Part shown: positions 49,902-62,122 of the stretch, in pieces
Numbering within the stretch: position 1 is the stretch's first letter
How the letters are laid out: every line of letters starts with the position of its first letter
Source of the DNA: an uncultured delta proteobacterium
GTDB lineage: Bacteria > Desulfobacterota > Desulfomonilia > UBA1062
Length of the DNA stretch: 64,000 nt
Direction of reading: 5' to 3'
NCBI GenBank assembly: GCA_963798485.1
Contig: CAWCTR010000007.1
Coordinates: forward strand, 224,001-288,000
Position numbers and translations under genes: made by a program
The notes under the pieces: generated by a model
Database searches by the model: none
Seen by the model: only the letters and a program-made list of their open reading frames with translations
What the model was told of the DNA's origin: nothing

Positions 49902-51083
49902 ATGGATATCAACCCCATACTGAAGACGGCAGTGGAAACCACGGCATCCGACGTACATATCAAGGTCGGCCTGCCCCCGGTAATCAGGCGGTTCGGCGCG
50001 CTGATCCCCATGCGCGACCAGAACAAGCTATCAAACGAAGACATCTATGCCATGGCGTACAGCATCATGAACCAGTATCAGCAGGCCAAGTTCGAGACCA
50101 CCAACGAGATCGACTTTGCCTACAGCCTCTCCCATGTGGCCAGGTTCAGGGTCAACTGCTTCAAGCAGAGGGGCAGCTATGGTATGGTATTCAGGATCGT
50201 GCCCACCGACCCCCCGCAACTTGAAGACCTGGGGCTGCCCGAGGTGCTCAAAAAGATCAGCCTCGAACGCAAGGGGCTCATCCTGGTTACCGGCACAACC
50301 GGTTCGGGCAAGTCCACCACGCTGGCCGCCATGGTTGACCACATCAACGCGAACCGGAATTGCCACGTGATCACCATCGAGGACCCCATCGAATTCCTCC
50401 ATAAGGACAGGAAATCCATCATCAACCAGCGGGAGGTGGGTTCGGACACGAACTCCTTTGCCATGGCTTTACGGGCCGCCTTAAGGCAGGACCCGGACGT
50501 TATCCTGGTGGGCGAGATGCGTGACCGCGAGACTATTGATATTGCACTCACCGCGGCGGAGACAGGCCACCTTGTGTTCTCCACCCTGCACACCCTGGAT
50601 GCGCAGGAGACCATCATGCGTATCGTCTCCCAGTACCCGCCCCACCAGCACCTGCAGATACGCCTTCAGCTCGCGGGTGTGCTGAAGGCAGCCATATCCC
50701 AGAGGCTGCTGCCCAAGATCGACGGACAGGGAGTTATACCAGCAGCCGAGATCCTGGTATCCACGGCCATGGTGCGGGAGTGTATCGTAGACGAACACAG
50801 GACATCAGAGATATCCGATGCAATAGCCGACGGCACCATATCTTATGGGATGCAGACCTTTGACCAGTCCCTCATGTCTCTGGTAAAGGAAGGCAAGGTC
50901 AGCTATCACGAGGCCATGCGCAACGCTACCAATCCCAACGACTTCGCACTGCGCATGAAGGGTATCCGCGGCACGTCCGACGGCAAGTGGGACCAGTTCG
51001 AAAAAGAGGAACCGGAAGGGGAGGACGATGCCTTTGCCAAGACGACCGTCTACCAGCAAGGCAAGTATCGCGACGTCGAGTGA
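49902..51083 (+). CDS. pilT: PilT/PilU family ATPase
   Basis: GTTGSGKST, TIEDPIE, ALRQDPDVILVGEMRD, GMQTFDQ. Confidence 0.85.
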   Translation: MDINPILKTAVETTASDVHIKVGLPPVIRRFGALIPMRDQNKLSNEDIYAMAYSIMNQYQQAKFETTNEIDFAYSLSHVARFRVNCFKQRGSYGMVFRIVPTDPPQLEDLGLPEVLKKISLERKGLILVTGTTGSGKSTTLAAMVDHINANRNCHVITIEDPIEFLHKDRKSIINQREVGSDTNSFAMALRAALRQDPDVILVGEMRDRETIDIALTAAETGHLVFSTLHTLDAQETIMRIVSQYPPHQHLQIRLQLAGVLKAAISQRLLPKIDGQGVIPAAEILVSTAMVRECIVDEHRTSEISDAIADGTISYGMQTFDQSLMSLVKEGKVSYHEAMRNATNPNDFALRMKGIRGTSDGKWDQFEKEEPEGEDDAFAKTTVYQQGKYRDVE

Positions 51084-51496
51084 CGGGGTGCGCTATGCAC
51101 TCTCAGTCATCTCAAGACGGGCCGTATCTTCCTTTGAGTTAAAAAAAAACTCCATGACAAGGGCGCCCCGGAAGGCGTGATCGAGGCTACCATAGGGCGT
51201 ATCAGGGAACTAGGCTACCTTGATGATAATGCCTATGCCGCCCGCAGGGCAGTGATCCTGGCGGAAAAGGGCTATGGGGACTTTGCCATCAGGGTTTTTC
51301 TGGAAGGCATCGGTTTGCCGGAATCCTTTGTGACAAGCGCCGTATCGGCCTTGCCCAAAGAGCTCGGTGAACGGGGAAGGATAAAAAAGATAATCAAAAA
51401 AAGGGGGGGCCTGCCAAGGGAAAGGCTTATCCGTTTCCTTGCAGGCAGGGGCTTCCCCATTGATCTTATACTTGATGAAACAGGCGGGGTTGATGC

Positions 51497-51500
<4 letters not shown>
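51028..51500 (+). pseudogene. recX: Regulatory protein RecX, split by a -1 frameshift in an A9 tract (51141-51149)
   Basis: YALSVISRRAVSSFELKK joins KLHDKG...GYLDD...FLAGRGF if one A is added; SD GGAGGA before ATG 51028. Confidence 0.8.
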
Positions 51501-54150
<2,650 letters not shown>

Positions 54151-54154
<4 letters not shown>

Positions 54155-54729
54155 GAGAGGCCACTGTCACGAGAAAGACCAAGGAGACGGAGATCTCGGT
54201 AACCATCTGCCTTGATGGCGGGGAGTTCAAGGTGAACATACCCTCCGGGTTCCTTACGCACATGCTCGATGCCTTTGCCAAGCATGCAGGTATCGGGCTC
54301 AAGGTGGAGGCCAAAGGCGATGTGCATGTAGACCTGCACCACACGGTGGAGGATATCGGCATCGTGCTGGGCAAGGCCATCAAGGGCGCATTAGGCGAGA
54401 AGCGCGGGATTACCCGATACGGCCTGGCCAAGGTCCCCATGGACGAATCATTGGTAGAGGCATGCCTGGATATCTCGGGCAGGCCGTTCTTTGTTATCCA
54501 TGGGGGGGATGTCTTCCACGGCAAGGCGGGCGACCTTGACCTGGAACTCGTGCCTGAATTCTTCCGGTCGCTCACCTTCCAGGCAGGCATCACCCTGCAC
54601 ATGACCATCTTTGCCTCGGGCAACGGCCACCATCTGGCAGAGGCCTGTTTCAAGGCCTTTGCACGGGCCTTCAAGGAGGCGGCAGCCGTAACGGGCACGG
54701 ACATACCATCCACCAAGGCCCACTTATGA
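54151..54729 (+). CDS. hisB: Imidazoleglycerol-phosphate dehydratase
   Basis: RKTKET, HHTVED, PMDE, HHLAEACFK, PSTK. Confidence 0.95.
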
Positions 54730-54983
54730 AATTCCACCCTGCCCGGGTGAAGACCTTTGACTGCCACAAACATCCGGGCCGGCCTGTCTCGTTCGATATG
54801 AGCGGAACAGGCATTGAGATCGAGGAAATCCTGGAACACTGGAGCGAGGCATATCAGGACCCGAGCTTTTTTCCTGACGAATATTATAAGATAAAGGCCT
54901 CTGACGGCCACGTGTATATCCTGAAATACTCCATCCTTTTCAAGAGTTGGTGGGTAAAGGAGTTCGAGGGGCTTATTGCATGA
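54726..54983 (+). CDS. Conserved hypothetical protein
   Basis: ATGA overlaps with both hisB and hisA; EILEHW...YYKI pattern. Confidence 0.65.
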   Translation: MKFHPARVKTFDCHKHPGRPVSFDMSGTGIEIEEILEHWSEAYQDPSFFPDEYYKIKASDGHVYILKYSILFKSWWVKEFEGLIA

Positions 54984-55705
54984 TTATTATACCGGCCATA
55001 GATCTGCACCAGGGCCAGGTGGTGAGGCTGAAGAAGGGAAAATTCGACGAGGTGACGGTATACAGCCGCTTTCCTGCCGATGTGGCGAAGTCTTTTGCCG
55101 ATGCAGGCGCCAAGCGCATACATGTGGTGGACCTCGACGGGTCGGTGGCGGGAAAGGGCATGAACGTGCAGGCCATCTCGTCGATCTGCTCTGCCGTGGG
55201 TGTTGAGGTGGAACTCGGCGGCGGCATCCGGAGTTTAGACGATGCCCGGCGCACGTTCGACCTCGGGGTCGGCTATGTCATCCTGGGCACCGTGGTGGCC
55301 AAGGACCCTAAGACCGCAGAGGCTATCATCAGCGCATGCCCGGGCAAGGTCGGCATCGGGATCGACGCCCTTAACGGCAAGGTGGCCGTGCAGGGCTGGA
55401 AGGAAGTCACGGGGCAGACCGCTGTAGACCTGGCACAGCACTATGAACGGTTCAACCCGGCCTTCATCGTGTATACCGACATCTCCCGAGACGGCATGCT
55501 CACAGGCCCGAACATCGTTGCCACTGCAGCCCTTGCCTCCGTGGTCAAAACCCCTGTTGTCGCATCCGGCGGTGTCGGCAGCATGGATGATATCAGGGCG
55601 CTCCTGCAGGCCGGAGGCCTCTACGGGGCCATTGTGGGCAAGGCCATCTATGAAGGCCGTGTAGATGTGAAACAGGCCGTTATCTTGGCACAAAACTACC
55701 TATAA
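54980..55705 (+). CDS. hisA: ProFAR isomerase
   Basis: IPAIDL, HVVDLDG, GGGIR, TDISRDG, ASGG. Confidence 0.94.
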   Translation: MIIIPAIDLHQGQVVRLKKGKFDEVTVYSRFPADVAKSFADAGAKRIHVVDLDGSVAGKGMNVQAISSICSAVGVEVELGGGIRSLDDARRTFDLGVGYVILGTVVAKDPKTAEAIISACPGKVGIGIDALNGKVAVQGWKEVTGQTAVDLAQHYERFNPAFIVYTDISRDGMLTGPNIVATAALASVVKTPVVASGGVGSMDDIRALLQAGGLYGAIVGKAIYEGRVDVKQAVILAQNYL

Positions 55706-55723
55706 CATGCAGGGAGGGTGAAG

Positions 55724-56059
55724 ATGGACTGTATCTTCTGTAAGATCGTTAAGGGCGAGATCCCTTCCACCAGGGTATATGAGGATGACCTTGTCGTTGC
55801 ATTCGACGACATAGAGCCCCTTGCCCCGGTGCACGTCGTTGTTGTCCCCAAAAAACACATAGCATCCCTCAACGATATCAACGACAAAGATATCTGGTTC
55901 GCCATGCTCACAGCAGCCCAGCAGGTTGCCAAAAAGAAGGGCGTGGCCGAATCGGGCTACCGCATTGCAGTGAACTGCGGACACCACGGCACCCAGATCG
56001 TCATGCACCTCCACCTCCACGTTCTGGGCGGCAGGCAGCTCGAAGGTAAGATGGGCTGA
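55724..56059 (+). CDS. Histidine triad (HIT) protein
   Basis: CIFCKI, HLHLHVLGG. Confidence 0.92.
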   Translation: MDCIFCKIVKGEIPSTRVYEDDLVVAFDDIEPLAPVHVVVVPKKHIASLNDINDKDIWFAMLTAAQQVAKKKGVAESGYRIAVNCGHHGTQIVMHLHLHVLGGRQLEGKMG

Positions 56060-56084
56060 AAAACGGAACGGCCGCGACCGTTCC

Positions 56085-57239
56085 CTACTCTACATACACT
56101 ACGAATCCGGCCTGGTGCATGCCCTGGGGGTGAGAGGGCAGAGAGGGGAAGTCCGCCCCCTGGGAAAGGGGCGAAAGTATCTTTGCCGTGCGGGACAGGC
56201 CCTGGGCGGCACGGCCGATGGCCTTGAGCAGCTCCACATAGCCGAACTGGGCCGTGACAGGCGCACAATAAAGGAGGATGCCGCCGGGTCTGAGCCGCGC
56301 CATGGAAAGTGCCACGGTCTTCCCATGCTCTTCATATTCATTGCTGAAGCCGGGGGCATCGCAGACCACCAGATCGAAGCTCCCCTGTTCATCGTTTAAG
56401 AACCTTGGCACATCGTCCCTCATGTGCCGCCAGACAAAGGGCCTGATCTTGTGGAGTTCCATGTTCTTCTTGAGCTGTACCTGGGCAGGCGCGGATGAGT
56501 CTATTGAGACAACCGATTTGGCCCCTGCATGTAGCGCGCACACCGAGAACGATCCGGTGTAGGAGAACAAGTCAAGCATGTCCTTATCTTTGGCATAGCG
56601 CATGATCTTCTGCCTTGTTTCCTTATGCTCCAGGTAAAACCCGGTGCGGTCGCCGGTGAAGATGTCCACTGCAAAGGCAATCCCTTGCTCCTTAACTACA
56701 AGGTCCCGGCTCTCAATATTTCCATGGAGCGGACCGGTGGAGGGCCTTAAGCCTTCGTTGTTGCGCGTCTTGGAGTCGGAACGCTCGAAGATGCTGCATT
56801 CGGACAGGACTGATTTCAGGATATCCACCAGGTCCTGCTTGATCTCTTCCATGAAGGGCGTGATGGCCTGCAGCACCAGCATGTCGTTATAGCGGTCAAC
56901 CACCAGGCCCGGCAGACGGTCTCCCTCGGCATTGATGAGGCGGTAGCAGGTGGTGTTTTCAGGGATGATCCGCCTGCGCAGGGCCAAGGCGTTCCTGATC
57001 CTTGCCTCGAAAAAGGCCTTGTCAATGGTTTCCTTGCCAAGGGTGAGCACGCGGACCGCCAGCTGCGAGATGGGGTTGTACGTGCCCTGGCAGACAAACT
57101 GGCCCCTGGCGCCCAGCACCCTGCAGAGGTGTTCCTGTTCCGGCTCACCCTGGACCTTGTCCACGGCGCCTGAATATATCCATGGGTGCCCGTGGATCAC
57201 GGGTACTTCCTTGTTGGCTTTCAGCGCTACGATCAGCAT
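56085..57239 (-). CDS. RlmI-like SAM-dependent rRNA methyltransferase
   Basis: GHPWIYSGA, NAEGDRLPGLVVD, LDLFSYTGSF. Confidence 0.85.
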   Translation of the reverse strand: MLIVALKANKEVPVIHGHPWIYSGAVDKVQGEPEQEHLCRVLGARGQFVCQGTYNPISQLAVRVLTLGKETIDKAFFEARIRNALALRRRIIPENTTCYRLINAEGDRLPGLVVDRYNDMLVLQAITPFMEEIKQDLVDILKSVLSECSIFERSDSKTRNNEGLRPSTGPLHGNIESRDLVVKEQGIAFAVDIFTGDRTGFYLEHKETRQKIMRYAKDKDMLDLFSYTGSFSVCALHAGAKSVVSIDSSAPAQVQLKKNMELHKIRPFVWRHMRDDVPRFLNDEQGSFDLVVCDAPGFSNEYEEHGKTVALSMARLRPGGILLYCAPVTAQFGYVELLKAIGRAAQGLSRTAKILSPLSQGADFPSLPSHPQGMHQAGFVVYVE

Positions 57240-57414
57240 AGAGCAGAGCCTTTAACACAGTTTATTCAGCGAGGGAAGATGTGATTAGCCCCGTCTTTCA
57301 TGAAGCGTCACCCGGCTGATCTCTCCTGGGTGGCACAGGCACAGGCGCATGCGTGCCACCCAAGAAACACTATCTGCTATCCTTGCCACTCGCCGCTTAC
57401 GGAACCGGCAGAGA

Positions 57415-57927
57415 TTATCGGCTATGGCAGGTATGTTCCTCGATAAAGGAGGCAATGGCATCGATGTCTTCGAACCGGAACTGGGGGATGTCCGTATCAA
57501 GGGGCGCCTTGCTCACAATGGCCAGGAATCCTTGGCCCGGCTGTTCCACACACAAGGGCGTGGTGTAGTTCTCCCCATTGAAAACCTCGATTTTTCTGAA
57601 GGGACCGCTCTTGAATCCCTCCACAAGCACGATATCCACATCCTTTGATGCTATGGCATAGAGGTCGTCGGTTTCCGGGTGCATTGCCTCATACATGAGG
57701 AGCCCGTCGGGTGAGAACAGGATAACGCGGTCAGCCCCTCTCTGGGCGAACTTGAAGGTATCCTTGCCCTCAGGGTCAACGGCATGGCCGTGCATGGCAT
57801 GTTTCACTGCGGTTACCTTGCGGCCCCGCCTCTTCAACTCGGTTATGAGACGCTCTATGAGATATGTCTTTCCGCTGTTCGTTCCCTGGGCGATAAAGGA
57901 GATGACATTTCGGTATGGCGTGTCCAC
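57415..57927 (-). CDS. mobB: Molybdopterin-guanine dinucleotide biosynthesis protein B
   Basis: NSGKT, VKH, GKDT, VLVEGFK. Confidence 0.9.
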   Translation of the reverse strand: MDTPYRNVISFIAQGTNSGKTYLIERLITELKRRGRKVTAVKHAMHGHAVDPEGKDTFKFAQRGADRVILFSPDGLLMYEAMHPETDDLYAIASKDVDIVLVEGFKSGPFRKIEVFNGENYTTPLCVEQPGQGFLAIVSKAPLDTDIPQFRFEDIDAIASFIEEHTCHSR

Positions 57928-58049
57928 CAGGTGATGTATAGTTCGTCATGATTGCATGAGTCAAGAAAAAGGCACAGGTAAAGACGCATAAGAAGCTGGG
58001 GAAATGAAAGGTGTTCCTTTTTTGTCACGAGCCGGAAGTCAATATCTAC

Positions 58050-58499
58050 TCACTGATTGGGTTGCGCCTGCTGTGCAGAAACCACCGGGTGCCGGTGCGA
58101 ATAGCTCTGCTTATCGCAGATGACCTGCATGGCGCTCCGGCTCTTGGCATTGATGATGATGGGCCCCAGAAGGTTAATGGTCATTCGCTTGGGGTCATTG
58201 CGGGGTATGGTAACGATGCAGACTACCTCAAGGTCGGCCTCCTGCTTGGCATCGAGCTCGTTCATGACGTTCTCATCCACGTCGATGGAGTAGTCGGCCT
58301 TTACGAGCTGCGGGTTCATGACCACAAAGGCCAGGTCGCCATTCTCAACACTCTGGAGCCAGAAGAAGGGTGAATCTTCACTATGGGGGAACAGGAGGTA
58401 TTGCTTGTTCTTGGCAAATCCCAGGATACCCCTTGGGAACGTTATTACCTTATCTTCCTGAACCGCTATCTTTCCGAAACGCAGCGTTTCAATTTCCAA
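58050..58499 (-). CDS. fliW: Flagellar assembly factor FliW
   Basis: TLRFG, FPRGILGF, FFWLQS, TINLLGPIIIN; TTG start inferred. Confidence 0.92.
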   Translation of the reverse strand: MEIETLRFGKIAVQEDKVITFPRGILGFAKNKQYLLFPHSEDSPFFWLQSVENGDLAFVVMNPQLVKADYSIDVDENVMNELDAKQEADLEVVCIVTIPRNDPKRMTINLLGPIIINAKSRSAMQVICDKQSYSHRHPVVSAQQAQPNQ

Positions 58500-58509
58500 G
58501 ATTTTCCCC

Positions 58510-59619
58510 CTATGTGATGTAATCAACAAGACTCAAGCCAGTGATCATGGAGGCGCTCTTCAATGTCGCCTGGTAGATCGTCTGTTGGTTCTGCAGTGAG
58601 GTTATTGCCGAGGCATAGTCAAGGTCTTCAATGTTGGACACGCTCGACTGCGTATTTAGGGTTGAACTATCGAGGGCTGTTTTCGTGTCGTCGAGCTTGT
58701 TTAGAATGGCGCCGACCTTGGCGAGGTTGTTGTTAATGACCGTATCCGAGTTGTTGATGTTGGTGAGCTCTGCACTGATCCCAGCGACGTCATTGTCCCT
58801 CAGGGCCTTTTCAAGACTTAAGAGCGACATGTACACATTCCCTTGCTGGTTCGTGAAGACCTCACTGCCCGGGATATTGGTCTGTGCGGTACTCCCTTTG
58901 CCTATCTGCACGGAGAATGTGGAGTCATTGCCCTGGTAGATGTTTTTCCACTCTCCATTATTGAACACGTACATTGTATTCTTATCGCTTACCATCACCG
59001 CGGTACCTTCGGGAGGTGCGCCCTGGTCATCCCAGTTGGCGGTGGCGGCATTGTATTGCAAGATATGGTTTTGTGTGGCGCCTGCTGCAGTGCTGATGTA
59101 TCTGGCCCCATCAACCGGTGCGGCAGGTGCTGTTGTCGACATAGTGGCAACATCGTCCTGCCACTTGCTTACATCCACATCAAGGTATGGCTGGGTCTGG
59201 GTCCTGGTTCCGCTGAAGATGTACTTGTTCCCGTACTTGGCATTGGCGTTGCTCAGGACCTCCTCCCTGAGCTGCATGACTTCCTCGGCCGCATCAGTCC
59301 TTGTGTCGGCAGTGGCGGTGGAAGAGGCCATCTGAACGGCAATCTCATTGGCCCTGGCCAGGAGGTCGTCCGTATTCTGGAGGTTCGACTCCATATTATT
59401 AAGCCATCCCGTTGAGTAGTCGATTGCCTTCCCATATTGGGTATACGAGCTCAGTTCCGTCTGATAGCCCAGTACGCTCGAAAGACCTAATGGGTCATCA
59501 GAGGGAGTATTGATGCTTTTTCCCGAGGATATCTGGCCATTAAGCTTGTACAAAATCTCCGTGTTCTGTGAGAGATCCCTGCTGATCTGAGAATAGAGCA
59601 TGCTCGTGCTGATCTTCAT
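58510..59619 (-). CDS. flgL: Flagellar hook-associated protein 3
   Basis: SSGKSINTPSDDP, YIFSG, YQGN, DLDYASAIT, LSLVDYI. Confidence 0.88.
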   Translation of the reverse strand: MKISTSMLYSQISRDLSQNTEILYKLNGQISSGKSINTPSDDPLGLSSVLGYQTELSSYTQYGKAIDYSTGWLNNMESNLQNTDDLLARANEIAVQMASSTATADTRTDAAEEVMQLREEVLSNANAKYGNKYIFSGTRTQTQPYLDVDVSKWQDDVATMSTTAPAAPVDGARYISTAAGATQNHILQYNAATANWDDQGAPPEGTAVMVSDKNTMYVFNNGEWKNIYQGNDSTFSVQIGKGSTAQTNIPGSEVFTNQQGNVYMSLLSLEKALRDNDVAGISAELTNINNSDTVINNNLAKVGAILNKLDDTKTALDSSTLNTQSSVSNIEDLDYASAITSLQNQQTIYQATLKSASMITGLSLVDYIT

Positions 59620-59628
59620 ATTTTATCC

Positions 59629-59656
59629 TTATCGGCAAAATATTTGCTGCGCTTGA
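59629..59656 (-). promoter_or_regulatory. Sigma28 (FliA)-type promoter of flgL
   Basis: TCAAG-N15-GCCGATAA on the minus strand. Confidence 0.6.
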
Positions 59657-59661
59657 TACAA

Positions 59662-59678
59662 AGCAAAGGTCTTGCCAA
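59662..59678 (-). promoter_or_regulatory. Sigma54-type promoter of flgL
   Basis: TTGGCAAGACCTTTGCT (GG-N10-GC). Confidence 0.55.
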
Positions 59679-59758
59679 TAAGACCCAGGCAGGAAGAGTG
59701 ATGGTCCGGGTTGCCCGGTCTGGGGAAAAGACTTCCCCTTATGAGGTATTCTTTTCCG

Positions 59759-61045
59759 TCAAGGCCTGCTGATGTGTTCCTGAATACAGCGGCATTCCTT
59801 AATCAGGGCCTCTTCATCCACGGTGAGCGATTTGGAATCTTTCACAATGATCCTGCCGTTAATGATCACGTCTTTCACGTTCCCCCCGGTGGCGGCATAA
59901 ATAATGTGGGAGACCGGGTTATGCACAGGGACCATGTTCGGGTCCTTGCCGTTAAGCACAACGATGTCCGCATGGCCGCCGGGCTCAATCCTCCCGCCGT
60001 TAAAATGCAGCGCTTTTGCGCCGTTTTCCGTCACAAGGGTCAAGGCAGTGCATTCATCGAGCACGGTTGGGTCCATGCAGGAGATCTTGTGCAGCTTTGC
60101 CACGGTTGAGATCTCGCCTATGATGTCGAGGTTGTTGTTGCTCGCGCATCCATCGGTGCCTATACAGACGTTCACCCCGGCCTTGATCATGGCGGGCACC
60201 GGGGCAATGCCGGATGCGAGCTTCATGTTGCTCTCGGCATTGTGTGCAACAGAGACCTTTCTTTTTGCCAGCAAAGCGATGTCTTTGTCGGTGACGACCA
60301 CACAATGGGCGGCCAGTGTCTGTTCCGAGAGGCAACCGACGGAGTCCAGGAACTCGACCGGGGTCATGTTGCAGCCCTGCCTGATCTGCTCCACCTCAGC
60401 GGCCGTTTCGCTCAGGTGGATCTGGTAGATGAGGCCATACTCTGCGGTAAGCTCAAATGCCTCTTTCAGGAGCTGGGGCGTGCAGGTATATATGGAATGG
60501 GGAAAAACGGATGGCCGTACCATCTCTTCGTCCAGCCAGCGGTTTATAAAGTTGCGGGCGTGTTCGATCGTCCGCTTGGGGTCTGAAAGGGATGGTGTAG
60601 GAAACTGGAGGATCCCCTCTCCGATCCATGCCCTGATGCCGATCTCCTTGGCAGCCCTGCCCACCTCATCTTCATAGAAATACCCGTCGCAGAAGGCCGT
60701 AGTTCCGGACCGGGTCATCTCCCAGGCTGCCAGGAGAGAGCCGATGTATACGAACTCCTTGTTTACGTATTTGGCCTCTGCAGGGAAGATGTGGTCCTGG
60801 AGCCACGTCATGAGGGGCATGTCATCGGCCATGCCCCTGAAAAGGGTCATGGGTGCATGGGTATGGGTGTTGATGAGCCCCGGCATGACGATATCATCAG
60901 GGCCGCCTAAGACCTCGGTGATGCCCTGGGGGAGATCCGGCGTGATTCCGGTTATTATTGAGTCATCCACAATGACATAATGGTCTTTGAGAACATCACG
61001 GGCCGTTTTTATGACATACCCGCCTTGCACGGCGAATTTACCCAT
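59759..61045 (-). CDS. mtaD: Amidohydrolase, 5-methylthioadenosine/SAH deaminase-like
   Basis: PGLINTHTH, HLSET, SNMKLASG, GTDGCASNN. Confidence 0.8.
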   Translation of the reverse strand: MGKFAVQGGYVIKTARDVLKDHYVIVDDSIITGITPDLPQGITEVLGGPDDIVMPGLINTHTHAPMTLFRGMADDMPLMTWLQDHIFPAEAKYVNKEFVYIGSLLAAWEMTRSGTTAFCDGYFYEDEVGRAAKEIGIRAWIGEGILQFPTPSLSDPKRTIEHARNFINRWLDEEMVRPSVFPHSIYTCTPQLLKEAFELTAEYGLIYQIHLSETAAEVEQIRQGCNMTPVEFLDSVGCLSEQTLAAHCVVVTDKDIALLAKRKVSVAHNAESNMKLASGIAPVPAMIKAGVNVCIGTDGCASNNNLDIIGEISTVAKLHKISCMDPTVLDECTALTLVTENGAKALHFNGGRIEPGGHADIVVLNGKDPNMVPVHNPVSHIIYAATGGNVKDVIINGRIIVKDSKSLTVDEEALIKECRCIQEHISRP

Positions 61046-61058
61046 CGATATCTCCTCT

Positions 61059-61673
61059 TTAGAAGTCCTTGATGTTCCGGCGGTAGCGCAAGGCGCTGGC
61101 AAGCGTCACCTGGTCCATATATTTCAGTTCCCCTCCCATAGGGACGCCGGAAGCGATCCTGCTCACCGTTACACTCAGGCCCGCATCATGGATTATCTTA
61201 TTGATGTAGTGGAACGTGCCTTCTCCCTCCACCGAGGGATTTGTGGCCACGATCACCTCGCTTACCGAAGGGTTCTTGAGCCTCTCAAGGAGCTCGGAGA
61301 GCTTGATGTCTTCAGGACCGATGCCGCTCATGGGCGACATGAGCCCGTGGAGCACATGGTAAAGGCCCTTATAGGTGTTTGCCGACTCCAGGGCCAACAC
61401 ATCGCTCGGCTCTTCGACTACACAGATCTGGGTCTGGTCCCGTGAGGGGTTGAGGCAGATGGAACATTTCTGACGATCCGTGAGGTTGAAACATACCGGA
61501 CAGAGCCTGATCTGCTCGCGAACCGTTTTCAAGGTCGCTGCAAGGTCCTCGGGCAGGTTCTTTCTGTCCGCCAGGATGAAGAGCGCCAGCCGGGTCGCTG
61601 TCTTTTCACCGATGCCGGGGAGGCGTTTGAGCTGGTTGATGAGGTCCCGCAGGGGCTTGGGGTAGGGGTCCAT
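61059..61673 (-). CDS. recR: Recombination protein RecR
   Basis: LPGIGEKTA, C4 zinc finger, YHVLHG, ATNPSVEGE. Confidence 0.95.
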   Translation of the reverse strand: MDPYPKPLRDLINQLKRLPGIGEKTATRLALFILADRKNLPEDLAATLKTVREQIRLCPVCFNLTDRQKCSICLNPSRDQTQICVVEEPSDVLALESANTYKGLYHVLHGLMSPMSGIGPEDIKLSELLERLKNPSVSEVIVATNPSVEGEGTFHYINKIIHDAGLSVTVSRIASGVPMGGELKYMDQVTLASALRYRRNIKDF

Positions 61674-61674
61674 A

Positions 61675-61992
61675 TCAAAGCAGGTCAATGGGCAGGGGGA
61701 GGCCCCCGGTGATCTGCTTCAGCTCTTCTGCCGCGAGCTCGCGCGATCGGCGGATTCCCTGATTCACTGCAGTCAGGACAAGGTCTTCGAGCATGGGGAC
61801 ATCCCTTACATCCACGCACAGCGGGTCGAGCTTGATGGAGACGAGCTCCTGCCTGCCGTTTACCGTCACGCTCACCATGCCCCCGCCGGAATCAACGGTC
61901 ACGTTCTTGCGCGCAAGCTGTTCCTGAATCTCCTTGATACGGGACTGAAGCTGTTGAGCCTGTTTGACGAGTTCCTTAAAGTCGACTTCCAT
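61675..61992 (-). CDS. ybaB: YbaB/EbfC nucleoid-associated protein
   Basis: SGGGMVSV, MLEDLVLTAVN; directly upstream of recR. Confidence 0.9.
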   Translation of the reverse strand: MEVDFKELVKQAQQLQSRIKEIQEQLARKNVTVDSGGGMVSVTVNGRQELVSIKLDPLCVDVRDVPMLEDLVLTAVNQGIRRSRELAAEELKQITGGLPLPIDLL

Positions 61993-62000
61993 GGGAAAAT

Positions 62001-62029
62001 ACGTTAACCGCGAAGCCTTCACCTGTCAA
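62001..62029 (-). promoter_or_regulatory. Sigma70 promoter of ybaB-recR
   Basis: TTGACA-N17-TAACGT, 8 nt before ATG. Confidence 0.55.
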
Positions 62030-62122
62030 GAAGACGCTCATGCATGATACATACCCGTCTTGACAACGAATCCGAATGCCGCGTAAAAGTCCTTGCATAA
62101 AGAATGCATCGAAGGAGGCGCC

